Below, piece after piece: positions 43,201 to 58,200 of a DNA stretch of 64,000 nucleotides. The stretch comes from Antedon mediterranea. Taxonomy: Eukaryota > Animalia > Echinodermata. Both the position numbers and the translations under genes were made by a program. The DNA is taken from contig NC_092679.1 in assembly GCF_964355755.1 (NCBI RefSeq), forward strand, positions 22,861,432 through 22,925,431, read 5' to 3'. Below the pieces are notes generated by a model, which was not told the DNA's origin, searched no databases, and saw only the letters and a list, made by a program, of their open reading frames with translations. How positions within the stretch are numbered: position 1 is the first letter of the stretch; every line of letters starts with the position of its first letter.

Positions 43201-46200
43201 TGTTTCCAACTTCACAATAAAGATAGTATGATGCAAAAAACAAAGTAATCCTAACTATTGCCAAAATGTATGTCAGAGAGGTATTCCTAATACGACAACA
43301 GTTACACAATATGGAACGCAGCCAAGTTAATTATTTCGCTAAGCCTTGCTAAAAATTTAAATTACCCCAGACACCATGCTACTAATCACGCTTTAATTTT
43401 ATCAACCTCTTTATTATTATTACAATGTTTATAATGGAACCTGTAATGATGTTTGGATTATAATAATGTTCCTGTCGGCTTAACGCGAGAGAAAGAATTG
43501 GTTAGAAGAATATTAATACTTCACCAAGACTAAACATTCTATGCGCTTAACCTAATATATAGAAGCATAGGAGTCTACGGGGAGTAGTATTATTTTAGCT
43601 GTTCTTTTTCTTTTAAGCTAGGAGATGTATGCGGAGTAGAAAGAGTTGAAAAAACAAGGCCAATACAGTTAGAACGTTTGAGAAGTTTAAATGTCAAATT
43701 GTTTTGAACAACATAAAAAGTATATCAAATAAAGCCACAAGAAACAAGATTTCTAGAACCAACTTTCTAAAATAACTTCCTGAATGATAAACATTTCAAC
43801 TACTAGCTAACATGAACGTAAATAAAGCCTTTATTAAAAGGTCTTCTTTAACCGGAATCTGGCGAAACTTAGGAACACAACAGAGCTGTACAACATGTTC
43901 CAACACACCAGAAGTGCAAAAAGTTTTTCATATTCATGTTAATGTTTTATCAAACAAAACTTAATGCCATAAGTAAATGTACTTTTTGTTGTTCATATTA
44001 TAAGTTTAATTTTGTTTATGATAAAATGTTCTTATTTATTTTATAAGTTTAATTTCTTCATTTTATATTTAACTTGTACATTTTATATAAGTCTGATTTA
44101 TTAAATTTTGTCAAGTTATTAATAATCACTCTGTACAGCCTCGATGGCCAAACATTTTTTGAGCGCTCAATCATGTTAGGTGTTTAAGGTTTTTGGTTCT
44201 GACCCCAAATAAATGTTACATTTTTGTTTTAGTAGAAAAGTTATGTTTGCGGTACAACATATGATTCTAAAAGGAATACATTATGGTTTGGATTGTCTCA
44301 ACGTTTTAGTTATATGCTACAACCATTTTCTTGAGACATTGTGTACTGTAATTTAACATCACAGTACACAACTAAAGTGTATACCTGAACGTAACTCACT
44401 TTAGTCCTAATGTTTTCCAAGATGTCTCGTAAAGACGTAAGATCCTTTGCATTCACATGTTTCTTAAGTAGCCTATCAAAATCCTCATGGTGTATCAGAG
44501 CATGAAATATTTTACGACCATAGTACCTAGAAAAACAAAATGAAGATGATAAACAAAAACCATAAAATAGTACATTTTCGGCTAATGTAAAACAGTCTTA
44601 ATGTCAAGTAATGTACCCCACTGCTGCTTGGGAGAAACGATCAAAGATAAAATTATAAAGCGCTTAAGGTTGTGAAACCTCTGTACATATATTATTATAC
44701 CAGAGGAAGGTTTGGATAAAACATTTATGGAACAGTACTCTCATAATGCAGCCAGTAACCAGCACAAGTTGTGTCTTGACCTTATAAGGTATCCATTTGT
44801 ACACCAGGGTGGAGAGAGGCAAATGTAAGTGCCTTGCCAAAGGATACAAGCAATGTGACGAGCGTTGGATTCATCCAATTTCCAAAGCACTGTGAGTTTA
44901 TTATTTTAATCCTGCTTTTATAACTTTTATTTTATATACTTATACTGTTCATGCTGTGTTCATACATTAACATTTTTTCCGAGTGTAATTATAGCCTCAT
45001 GAATGATTCACCATATAGAGGGTCCATGTTATATGATGCATCAATTGGCCAATCAGATATGCCAGTTGAAGACACGCCCCTACTCAGTCAGTCATTCTTT
45101 ACAATTATTGTATGCTAAAATTGAAGACATTATTTTATTGACATTACCAATAAGTTAACATTAAGTTGTATCACTGAATACACTTTAACCTTGAATACGA
45201 CCTTTGACATTACCTAGTTTCTTGTGATGCATCTAGCGTAAATTTAGCAGCTGCCACCAGGACTGCATCAGTCACATCTTTTATACCGCTCAGTATACGT
45301 CCGGGACCCATTCTATCAACAATTCTACCAACATTTAATGCGGTAGATTTTGTGACATTTCCGTTTCGGCTACTGTATATCGGAAAACAAAGTTAAACAA
45401 ATTGAGTAAAATCAGGAAATACTATCTTAAAAACTGATTTTGTTTTAATGTCTATTTTATACTGGATGTCTTCAGAAAAGAGGTTCCATTAAATTCAATC
45501 AAGATATAAAGAACACCCGTTTGTTATATGTTTGTATGTCTTTTTAAATAGAAATTGCTGTAAACATCAAACATTTCTTTTATGAAGAAAAATAAATTTT
45601 CTTTATCTTGTATGCAAAGTCATTACCTGCTTCCCCCTTGAAGGACACTTGTAAGTGCTTTCTGTAACGTAACATTCTCTACCATATTCTGCATTGTCTT
45701 TTCTGTAGCATCCCGTATAAACCCACTTGCTTCTCCATTCTTTGGTAATAAAGTTTTACAGATCTTATCTAGATCCTTAAATCAAAAGAATAAAACAATT
45801 TAAAATCTTCTAGTAATAAAATAATGTGTACTAAGTAGCCTAGTCTAATGCTCTGTCTGCACTATCAAACTAGTTTGACAAAAAAGTGTGATGTGCCCAA
45901 ATATGGTAGTGATATGCCCAAATATGACATCATTGTGTCAATATAAGGGCACATCACATATTTTTGTCACATAAAGTTTGATAGTGTAGACATATTTTAA
46001 CACTAGCAAACCTTATTTTACAAACTCCAGAGTTTGTGCTTGGAGAAGTTTTGGTTTTCTGTCTAGACTAGGTACTGGAGGCTTTCATTTTGACTATTGA
46101 ATTGAAATTTATATTTATACTGGGTAACCTCTTCAGTCAATGACTGGTCTCCCAGAGGGCCCAGTTGGTGATCAGTGGCTGTGATGTACTAATACACCGG

Positions 46201-49200
46201 GGTAACCCCCTACTCGTCTCGAAAGATGTACTAGGTTCTTTAAAGTGCACACGAGCTAGATGTGTACACTGGACCTACGGTTTATAGTCCTTATCCGAGA
46301 AGACTCGTTCTACCACCAGAACCATGGAGTGAGTGAGCCTCGAACCCCTGCCGATGTTATGGCTACGTAATTACGGTTCCACTGTCTTAACCGCTCGGCC
46401 ACTCACTATTCTGGACGATCACATGATCGTGAAGCACCCAAAGACTGTCACTTGAATTCACAAATTAATTTGTCAAGAAGGCATGCATAGCATAATTATT
46501 TTACTGCAGCATGTCAAAGTTTTTCAACAAACTGGCAAACTTTGAAAATCTTTTTTTACCAAACTTGGAGTTTGCTCGAGTACACAAACTAAAGTTTGTG
46601 TAGACTCGGCTAAATATGCAAAACTATTTTGATCTCTTAAAATTTCTCTTGACATATGATGACTAAATATCATCTTTGACATTATATGCTACTTCTATTT
46701 ATATATATCATTTGTATACTGCCTTGTATTTTATATAATTGATTAGAGTACGCATCATCCATGTTTGTGTGGACATAAGGATCAACTGAAATTGAATAAA
46801 GACCTGCTACTGTTCGCATCAAGTTGAGAGTGAACAGTCCGTTCTCTCTGTACATTTATACTTTAACGAAATATATATCTTCAAATAAACTCAAAATCAA
46901 TTTGTAAATTGAACACTTCCATCAACAATGACAACTTAAACTGCATGAATAATTCAAAGTGATCACAATTAAGTACCTTATCCATGCCAGACTTCATGCT
47001 CACGAACAAATCTCCAAAAGTCTTGATTGCCATCAGACTGACCTGTGACCTGAGATTCTTGACTTCTGCCAAGACAGCTATATTGACTGTGTGTAATTGC
47101 GATGAGAGTACGTTGCTATGATACGCCGACAACCGTCGCACATAGTTCATCCCATCAACCTTCATTTCCCTGGATAGGTGTAGTTAAAAAGTTTGCAAAT
47201 AAAGTAAACCGACAAATGGATAGATAATAATATCCTGGATTTATAAAGCTCCTAATGTTGTGAAACCTCAACACACTGTAAATATATTACTCCAATCATT
47301 TTTGTTATCAAACATGTATAGAAACATTCAACTTCATTAGGTTTAGTTAGTTAGTTTTTCTCAGATTCTATGCAAAGTGCTTAGAGGTTTCATGACATTA
47401 AGGCCAGATGAGCGGTAACTGTAAGTGTATGTAGAATTTGCATCTATCCTGAACGGAAACCGCCTGTCCACTCTGCGTTGTGTGTAAATGGGAATAAGGA
47501 ATAACATCAATTCTATATTTCTATTACCACCATTAAATTGGCCTTTAGGCACTTCTAAACAAAATCTACTCTATTGTAGAAGATTTGCATTTCTCACTCT
47601 CACACTCTACTCTACTTACCAATCATCATTTGCTAAATAAGACAAAGCATCTCTTAGTGCATTATCAGGGTTATTAAACGGTTTCATCTCGCTACTGTCT
47701 TCTTGGGCTTCTTCTCTCATTGTGCTAGGTGGCGACTTCAATTCTGGAGGCCTGTTACCGAAAATGGACACAAACAAGAACATAATTTATTTATTACTGA
47801 ATAATCAATATTATTATAATACAATAAAGAAAATTGAATAAAACATGATTCAATAATCAATCAATAAATGTGGACTTGCATTTTTATGACAGATCTTTTG
47901 CAGAAAGTGATGATTATACAGTGTTAGTGTTTGTCATCATTACGCACAATGTTTTACATTTATTGTGCCTGACAAGTGTCAATTGGAGTAGTCCAAGTGA
48001 TGTATAACTTATAGGGCTCTATTCTCTTCTCTTTTTTTTGCATATTTCTAGAATTTTATATGTTTATTTTGAATCAAAAGTATATTAATTATATATTTAA
48101 TACTTAATTTTATTTTGTCAAATGTTAATGTTATTGTTGAAAGAAGAAATAAATGTTGACATGAAATGACATCATGTATAATAACTTTGTTGTCAATTTG
48201 TTTCATAGTTGATTTATTTTCCGTTTCCTTTAAATAAACGTTGTATACATGTTTCCCATTCATATTTTAGTGGTGAATTCATAACGAACAAAATCTGCAA
48301 TCCCTTCGGTGAGTATAAAATACATAAAATGAATGCATTCATTTAATTTTGTATTTTTATAGAGAACAATCATTTATAAACAATTATTAGTGATGAGTAC
48401 AGTATTTCTCGTCAATGTATCAGCTTCTTAGAGTTAATTATGTAGCATCATACAGCGATTGTTTGCGGATCGAATAACGGGTTGTATCATAGTCAAAAAT
48501 GAGTTGATTTAAAAGGTCAAATTATGTAAATGCAAACATCTAGGCTGGTCACCTGTTAAATCAGAAATTCATTCTGTGCATACCTTTCTTAAGTTTAGAA
48601 AAAAAAATGTGATATCCATAGTAATTACGCAAGTTATACATTACACCTAATGGAAACAGTAATTCACGAGGTATAGAAATTGTCATTTCTAAAGGCTAAT
48701 ACGTCTACTGTTTAACTTTCATATTATAGATCAAGTAACTAAATAATAGTAGGCTAGAAGCAATGTTATTAAATATTATCAATATAAAGATAAATTTGTT
48801 TCAGTATCAATTTTCTTTTAGAATTTCAATGGATTGTAATTTATTTGGGTTTCAGGTAAATTACTACAAGTAATGTGATCATAGCTTTAGTGAGAGCTTA
48901 TGAATAAGCAATATTGATTGCTTATGCAAGGTAAAGTATTAATAATAGAAGTCATATTTCATATCAAATATGGTTCTTGTGACATCGTTATTGCCATCTG
49001 GAAAATGTGGTATTACAGTATACTAGCAAACCAATGGACAAGAGCCGCCGAGACTAGAGACCAGAATTATGGAATATAAGAAAGGCATGTTAACCACCAT
49101 GACAGTCCAAATGCATTGTGGGAAAGATATCTTACACATATACTATTACAATTTATATAATTATAGTATTACACATTTTGAGTATTGATGTGGTCAGTCC

Positions 49201-52200
49201 AGTAAAAAAAGAAAAGGAAAAGAAAATTGTGAATTTAAACCAAAAAAAACAAAGAAAATGTAAGTTGGATTTAGCCCAGAAAAATAGTCTTGCAGAATAT
49301 CAATGGGGATAAAGAAATTAAGTTATGGCCATGAAAAATGCATAGTTCATGACATGCCAAAGTGAAGAAAAGAATAACAAATAGTTCTTGTATTGTTTGT
49401 AAAGTGCTTACATTTTTGGTTTTGTTCTAGAAACTGGTGGTTTATATGTAATCGTCAATGGCGTTGAGAATTCCGTTGGTGAAACCGAATTATCATTGGT
49501 TTTAGGTGAAAGTCGTGGAGTTATTGGAGTAGCTGAAAGAAAAATGGAGTTTCATTAGGACCAATAATCTTCTGTCTAGTGAATGCATCATCACCTTTGA
49601 CCTTGTTATTCTATGTATTTTTCTCATTTGGAACTAAATAATGTAGCGTTGCCCCATGTCTATCATAACCTCAGTATGCAAACTTTGATCAATAATATAC
49701 TATTAATAACTTCATTACTTAGTTTGTTTTTTTTAAATGGCTGTGGAAATTCAAAGCATTTTTTTTGACTGACATTTTTTATTCATGTTAGGTTATCAGT
49801 GGTAATAGTAGTAGTGGCAATCAATTTTTAGCCTACTCTTTATCTGTATGTTTTATATCTGTAAAGGTCACTAATTGTATTGTAATTTTTTGTTAATTGT
49901 TTTTGTAATGTACTATTGAAATGAAAGATAAAAAAAAATTATATATATTTTGCCTACTATTTCATAAATTATATCTTTTTATTTTTTATTTTTTAGAAAT
50001 TACCATCAATGACAAATGAATCAATTTCTTTTAATTTCTTCCTCTGATTTGCAATCTTTTCTTTTCTTTCCTCCTCAGCTTTCTGTCTTGCTTCCTTTTT
50101 CTTTTTACCCTCAATTTCCAACGCTCTTTTTCTCGCCTCACGTTCGTCGTTCATAGCTGTTTTTCTCGCATCACGCTCGCGCTGCCGCTGTTCACGTTCA
50201 AGACGTAGCTTCTCTTCCCGTTCTTTCTGCTTCGCTTCTCGTTGTCGTTGTTTTTCAATCTGTTCTTTTCTGTGTTCCTCAAACTGGAATTGTCTCTCTT
50301 CAATCTCTTGCTCTTTTAGTAATCTTTCTAACTCTTCTCTTTCTTGGTCTTTTTGTGCACGTTTTAATTCCATTTCTTTATTTTTCTGCTTTACTTTTTC
50401 AATTGTTGATTTTGAAAAGGTCCCATGCAATGGAATATCCTACAAAATAAAGATGAAAAGTGTTAATCTAATCTAATTTACATACGAATTTACATATGAA
50501 AATCATCTAAAAAGAGAAAATCACAACATTTTTGAAAATTTATTTTAAAATATTCAATACTACATAATTTTGTTAAAGATGTATTGTCCCTTTGACTAAT
50601 TCCAAAAAAATAAAAAAATTAAGATTTCGAAAAAAAGTGGGTCATTTTGAAGTATCATAATAGTTATTAACTTTCACCAAAAATTAGTCGAAAAAAAAAA
50701 AAATTTAACTGAAATACAAACGTTTTTTTTTCCAAAAATAACTTTGACTTCCAGTCAAAGTTTTCGATCAAAACATATCTCATAATACAACGCGCTTGTT
50801 TGGCTACTCTGTATACATAATCATAAAACTTCCTCGCGATCTGTGTGAAAACACCTTCTCAACCGTGATGAGTTGTAAACAATACTAATTAGCATCATGC
50901 ATAATGTATACTCGTGGTTTGAAATCTTTGTTTACTTTCGCTCGCGACGATTTTCCAGACGAAATGTAATCAAATTAATTTACCTGTTAATTACGTAAAC
51001 ATGTTGTTTTTGGCTCGAATTTTCGACTTAAAGTGAATAACTTTAATATTACTTTGATGTGGCCAATTTAAATTTAGAATACTTTGACCTTCATTTTTTG
51101 TGTTTCAAGGGATAATACATCTTTAAATAAAATTAATAATCATTATTTAGAAAAAATTTTAATATATTGTATTAATCATTTTGCATATTGCTTCATATGC
51201 TTCATAAAAAAAAATTTTTGTATACCTCTTCATCACTATCCTCGAAAGATGGTGAATATGCTACATTTGATGAACTGCCCTTTGAGCCTGTGGAAGTGTG
51301 GCTGATTTTTCTTACGGGTCCATCTAAGTTACTATCACTGCCTTGTCCAAACACACCTATAAGAAAATATCTTAGTAATACATAGTTTGGATGAAATGAC
51401 ACAGGTCCCTCCTAAAGAAAAAGTGAATGTCCATAGTAGAATGCTTCTCATTGGATAACAAAAACGTCCCTGGACTACGCAGTATACAAAAGTTGCTTGC
51501 AATAATTGATTTCACCCGCAGAGATGACAGAGCCTAGGTTGTCTTAGGCCAATGTTTTTTAGACAAACAATGACCTTTAGGATCTTACAAGCAATGAAGC
51601 GTGAATCTTACAGCAACTGGATTTTGTGTTGAAGAACCGAATCAGAATGTTCAATAAAGAAACCAAGGCCTATATACAAATTGTTGTTTCTTTACCTTTG
51701 CCAACAACAACTCCTATGTCTCTATGATTTGACGGCTGTCCATCATCTGTCAGGTCTATGCCACCTATATGATTGACAGACGCCATTGACAACGGTGTTG
51801 TTTGTGCTAAAGTATAAAAAAGAAAAATTTATGTTAGAAGACATCATAGATAAAAACTGACATTTAAAAGACTGTAAAATTACAGATATCCAGTTTGAAA
51901 CTCGCCAATGATTACATTAGATTGTCAACTCCAAATACAATCATAGCTCAAAAAGCTAGCCAAATATGGTTGCAACAATCGGCCAATCAGATACGCAGGT
52001 TGAATTCACATCCTCTACTGAGCAATTTGATAGCATCATCACTAGCACATACTGTATTCAATCCTTGTATGTACAAATTATTCATTTAAACAATAAAGAT
52101 TATTCTATCGTGTTCTGATTTTGCATTTCAAAGTCAGTTGTTTCTTTTTTTTAAATACTATTTTTTAAATATAAGGTAGTATTACCTTGACGCCGTCTTT

Positions 52201-55200
52201 CCCGTGCAGTCTTTTTAGCGTTAGCGATAGTCGGGACAGGCGGTGAGTTGCTTCGAGTATAACCATTATCGTTTTTCCCATACGCACGTCCAATTACGCT
52301 GACATTTGCTGTTTGTTTCGTTTGAAATGTAGCACCACTTGTTGGTTTGTACTCGAATGGATTTGGTTCGGTGTCTGGCGACGTCCGTCGTCCATTTTTC
52401 GCCGACATGCCTCGTGCCATTACAGGTTTTCCAGTGAAGGGAGAGTCGGCGGTGTTAGTTTTCTTTCCCCTTAAAAATAAAAATTTAAAAACAAATATCA
52501 ATTACAATTTTAATAAATAAAAAATGTATGAGAATTTAGGGATCACATCAAAATTAATCTACTGCTGTTACTGCAGTAACTAAATATTTTTACTTCAAAT
52601 ATTATGAATTTAGGTTTTCAATGTAGAAGTTGCAATACCTGTAAATATGACTAAATAATTGCACAACAGGTTAAAGAGCAAACAACAAACATAGTTACTG
52701 CAGTAGCTGCAGTAGAATAAATGTTGTCATGGTCCCTTGTATATGTACATACATTTTCTGACATACTTCTAATGAGAAGTAGCTGCAATTTCTAGAATAT
52801 ATTTGCTCTTAAATATTATAAATATATATTAATAACAATGGAATAGATGAATAGAAATGTAGTTCATGGCTGAAATAAATTCTATTGTATACCAGTCTAA
52901 CAAAGGTTGATAATAATTGGAATCTTATAAAATTGACAAATTGGAAATAAGTATGCATTTTTCAATGTTGCTAAATTCTATCCTCAACTTAATTGAATGT
53001 ATGACTTAAGTACGGACAGAATGTATGACTTAAGTACGGACAACTGAAAACCTGCTGATATTTATCTATCTATCTAGAATAATGCTGTGTGTATGATGTG
53101 GCATTCAAATTCAAATAATCTTGATTAAATCCTTCCAGAAATTCATTTAAATATAAATTAAATAATATATATGAATAATAGATGAGCTCTACAGTACTGG
53201 AAAATTCAAAAGTTTTTACCCTTTCTTTTTAGGCGATGATTTGCTCTCTGTTGTTGAATACGTATTAAACGTTGAAGTCATACTGTATATTCCGCTCTCT
53301 CCAAGGTCCGAAGACGGCGAGAGGGACTTATCACTGCTATATCCATTTCGTTCAATGTAATCGCTTTTCACGGCCTGATGTTTCTTTTTTCTTTTATCGG
53401 CACTAGCTCGTAAACGCTGCAGTGAAGTTTCCATCTATGTAAACAACAAACAAATATTTTAAGCATTTCAATTGTTCAGCACTACGGCAATTATAAATAA
53501 ACGTTTGTAATTTTATATAAATACATTGTATGTGAAACATACACATTGATAAAATTGCATACAATACAAAATGATATTATTGTATGAACTGAACAAATAC
53601 ATGTTAATATGTGATGTTTACAGTAAATATTATAGCTAATAAAAAATATATCATACACAAATAATGAATACTAATTAAATGTCTGCACAAGAACCTGTGA
53701 TGTCATTGAGAAATCGTGCAGAAAGTACACATAGTTGTTATGCATGATCCGCCAATTGAATGCAGAACAATGAGGATATTAAAATTTGCGCAAGTGTTCA
53801 CACGGCATTATAGCGAAACTAAACATTTGAAAAGGAGCTTACCAAGTCTTCATCATCAGATTTCATTGTCCCGTACGACTGGTCCCAATCGTCCACGTCC
53901 TCTCTCGGGCTCTTGTCTAATGGTGATAAACGACCGTTTCGTTTCCCTTCTGATCTATTGACTTTTCCCACCAACGCAGGTTTCAGTGGAATCGGTGACA
54001 TTGTCGGTTTGGATTTCTTCGGACTTGTATTGCGGTAGAAATCTCCGGGATGATATGTCGATAGAGGATCTACAGTATGGTAAAAATGAAAATATATAAT
54101 AGTTATTACATGCGCCTCTGAATAAAACTCCATGGAAACTAAGTTGACATAACGTTTTATTGAATTCATCAAACTAGGTATTTAATTTCCCTATCAATTC
54201 GGTACCATCTCCTAGCTTTTCTTTTACATTTATTTATATTATACTAATAGTCGTAGTAGTTGGTTTTTGAAAATAAAAAAAAAGGCTTATCAATCAATCA
54301 ATCGTTTGATTTATATAGCGCCATTCCAACATTCATTGCTCATGGCGCTGTAGAAAAAAAAATCAGAAAAGGTGAGTTTTGAGTAGTGACTTAAAGTGAC
54401 TCGATAACGATGTGTGTTTAATGTTCAAGGGTAGGTGGTTCCAGAGCCTAGGTTCAGCAACACTGAAAGTCCGATCTCCCCAACTATGTTTGCTCCTTGG
54501 AATGTCCAGTAGCACCTGATGACTAGATCTTAGTTCTCGCTTTCCCTTCTTGACTGTCAACAATTCTGAGAGATATTTTGGAGGGCAACTATTTAGGCAT
54601 CGGAACACCAGCAGCAGGATCTTAAATTTAACACGTGACTCCATGGGTAGCCAATTTAACTCTTTGAACAATGGTGTGACGTGATCATACTTCTTGGCAC
54701 ACATCACCAAGCGAGCTGCCCAATTTTGCACCTTCTGGAGTGTCCGCAACTGCTTCTTTGGCAGACCATACAGCAGGGAATTTCCCATATCAAGCCGACT
54801 GGTAACAAAAGCATGTACAATCTACTCTGTTGCAAAATGGTTCAAGTAACGTCTGATCTTGGCGATGTTACATAAATGGAAAATAGCAGATCGGCAGATT
54901 TTGTTGATATGCGATTCCATGGTCATTTTACAATCAAGTTGTACACCAAGGTTACGAACTTCAGTTGATGGATTGACTAGCACGCCACCAATATGTAGGC
55001 CATCAAACCGGATCTTTTTTCTCTGCTGAACAGAACCAAATAGGATCACCTCGGTCTTTTTATCATTTAGCTTGAGGAAGTTGGAGCCCATCCATTTTCT
55101 AATCTCAGCAGTGCATGCTTCTAACCGTTTTACGGCGGACAGAAACTTGGTCTGGCAAGGCTTGACAGAAACGTAGATTTGTATATCATCTGCATAGAAA

Positions 55201-58200
55201 TGATGACATAATCCGTGTCTTCGTATTATTTCAGCAACTGGTGCAACATAGATGGAAAACAGCTGTGGTCCAAGCACCGAACCTTGTGGGACGCCACATA
55301 ATAGAGGAAGGTCATCCGATGAAACATCACCAATGCAGACGGCCTGGGTTCTGTTCCTTAGATATGATGTAAACCAAGACAATGCTTGATCTCTTACCCC
55401 GATATCATGTGACAATCTATGAAGAAGCAGTGAGTGATCTACTGTGTCAAAAGCAGCCGATAAGTCTAGTAAAACTAGAATAACAAGTTCTTGATTATCT
55501 ATTGATGTCAAAACGTCATTCTGAACACGTAGAAGCGCTGTCTCCACACTGTGGTTAGCTTTGTATGCTGATTGGTAAAGTTTCATGGAGGTTGTGATTT
55601 GACATATGGTTAGAGAGTCTAACTGCAACAACACGCTCAATAAGCTTCGAAACAAAGGATAAATTTGAAACTGGTCTATAATTTTTAAGAACTTCTCAGT
55701 TGAGGCCAGTCTTCTTCAGCAAAGGCCGTACAAGTGCTTTCTTTAAATTCTGCGGTACTGTGGATGTGATAAGTGAAAGATTAACTAATTTCATTAGCAC
55801 TGGAACTATTGCAGGAGCGCAATCCCTTAAAAGCCAAGTTGGAATAGGATCTAGCTCACAAGATTTTATCGGGGATGCCTTGATCAATTTCTCGATCTCC
55901 TCATCTGTGGTTGGTTCAAGAATAGACAGTTGACAGCTTAAAGGAGCCCTTGTACTAAATGTATGCGCATCTTGGAGAACAGATTGAGGAAATCCTGATC
56001 GAATTTTAATGATCTTTTCATTAAAAAACTCTGAGAAACGTTCAGCAATACTGGTTGATTTACAGGTAGGTAAGGGTGTCTTATTTCCTCTTTGCAGTAA
56101 AGCGTTTACAATTTTGAATAATTGCTTCTGGTCGCCTACAGCATTATTTACTAGAACTGAGTGATACTCCAACTTTGCAGTATGAATATGTGATGATACA
56201 CATTGGCGTTGATGTGTGTAAGCCTTCCAATCAGTTTCAAGACCTGTCTTACGCCATTTCCTCTCCAGCTGCCTTCTTACTTTTTTCTGTTTTCGTATCT
56301 CATCAGTATACCATGGAGTTTGCGGTCGAATAGTCACCAGACGTGACTTACAGTACTGGTCAGAGGACTTTCGACATTCCCGCTCGTGTTTTTCTGCTGT
56401 TTTTCTAGAGTGTTTGTGGAGCGTTTATCGAGGGATCGAGCGATCGAGTGCTGACCTCGACCAGCGAAGCGTGAACGTTTTACAACAACAATAGAAATCA
56501 ATCATACGTACATAATATATGAGCCCTTTTTATCTTTAGATTACCGACTTTGTTTATCTTCAACAAATAATACAAAGTATATATTAATTAACATAATAAA
56601 AAAACAGTAAAATATACGTTTAAAATTCACATGAACAGCTTTAAAATCATGGTAAAATTCATATCTTCAAATTCCGAGTCAACAACACCAAGATGATAGC
56701 TATCGCTCGCTCACTTCTCGCATAGACGCGCATCTACGATCTTTGTTATGTTGGTGGTCATCAACCCTAGATTTACGAAACTTTGGGCGATGTGACGTCA
56801 CGCCGCAAGCACATGGTTTTCTCATCAGCTCTCCGTTGTTTCTGTTGATTTTTTCCAGGGCATACAAAAACGATCGTTTTGATGCAGTTTATTTATTTTG
56901 TTTATTTATACTGTTCATTAGATATACATAATAATTATATCGGTGATGATTACATACAGTACATAGGCTATGCTACGGTAATTAATTGAAAATAAATGTA
57001 ATTTCTTAACGTATGATTTTATTTTTCTTTCTGCACAACATTCAAACTAAGCCATGTGCGAGTTGCGGCACCACGGCTGCAGACCATGTGTTTACTGACT
57101 GAACTATGAGATCAATCACATGGTTCAATTAACAGTGGAAGAGTACAGTGTAGTAAATGGGGTAATGATTTTGTGGAAAAAACAACATCCTTAAGTATCG
57201 TTTTTTTTTTAATAGATAAAAACTGTTATAATATACTCGTACTGTTATTAAAATTATTATTTTTGAAATTCTGATTTCACACGAACCTTGCCTATGTCAA
57301 TTACGTGATAATAAAATATGGACACCCCTCAAGTGGATTGTACCATTTACCAAACGTTGTTGTTTATAGTGTACATCACACGAGAGACAAATGTCGGAAA
57401 ATAATTTGTTTGTACTTTGTTGGTTTCTCGTAGAATATTCAATTCAACAACTTATTAAGTGGTCTAATAAATGAAGAATTTATAAAGCAAGTATTCAATC
57501 TAAATATGTTATGTAGAAATATACCAAAGCATTTTAAGTGACATTTTGTTTACATTATGCTCTACCGTGCACTTTCTCCCCGCAGCAAGAGTTGAGTCTG
57601 ACATATAAATACTAAGCCTAATAAAGTAAGCCTAACATTATTAAATGATTTTTATTATATTAAACATCTAAAGAGCCCCCAAAAATGACATGGTATGCCT
57701 TTGAAATAAATAACAATAGAATCAATTACTGACATTTCAGGCGGTACAATTTTTAATCAACATGGTGTCCTGAAATACCCTGAAAACGCTATGTTATTTT
57801 TGTTTGTTACACTCGGCTGGTCACGACTGAGCGAACGAAAATCGTCTATTATAAGCTTGGTTAAAGTGTTAATCACTGACTTGTTGATTGTTGATTGACA
57901 TTTGCTATTTCTAAAATAAATTATTATCGCCGACAACGGCCTAGTTTTTCACGCTAATAACGAAAGACAATGACATCGGGATAAACTGCTCGCCGGAAAT
58001 CCCTGCTCGATAAAACCGTTCATGCGTGGATTGTGACCTTAATGTATTATTCGAGGATAGCGACGCTCGTGAATATCGCTAGCAATACTCGAACAACGCT
58101 CGGTAAACACTCGAGGAATGTCGAAAGTGCTCTGACCAGTACTGTAGTTGGAGCAAGTTTATCAATGATTGAACGCAATGTAGAGTTGTACATACATATA

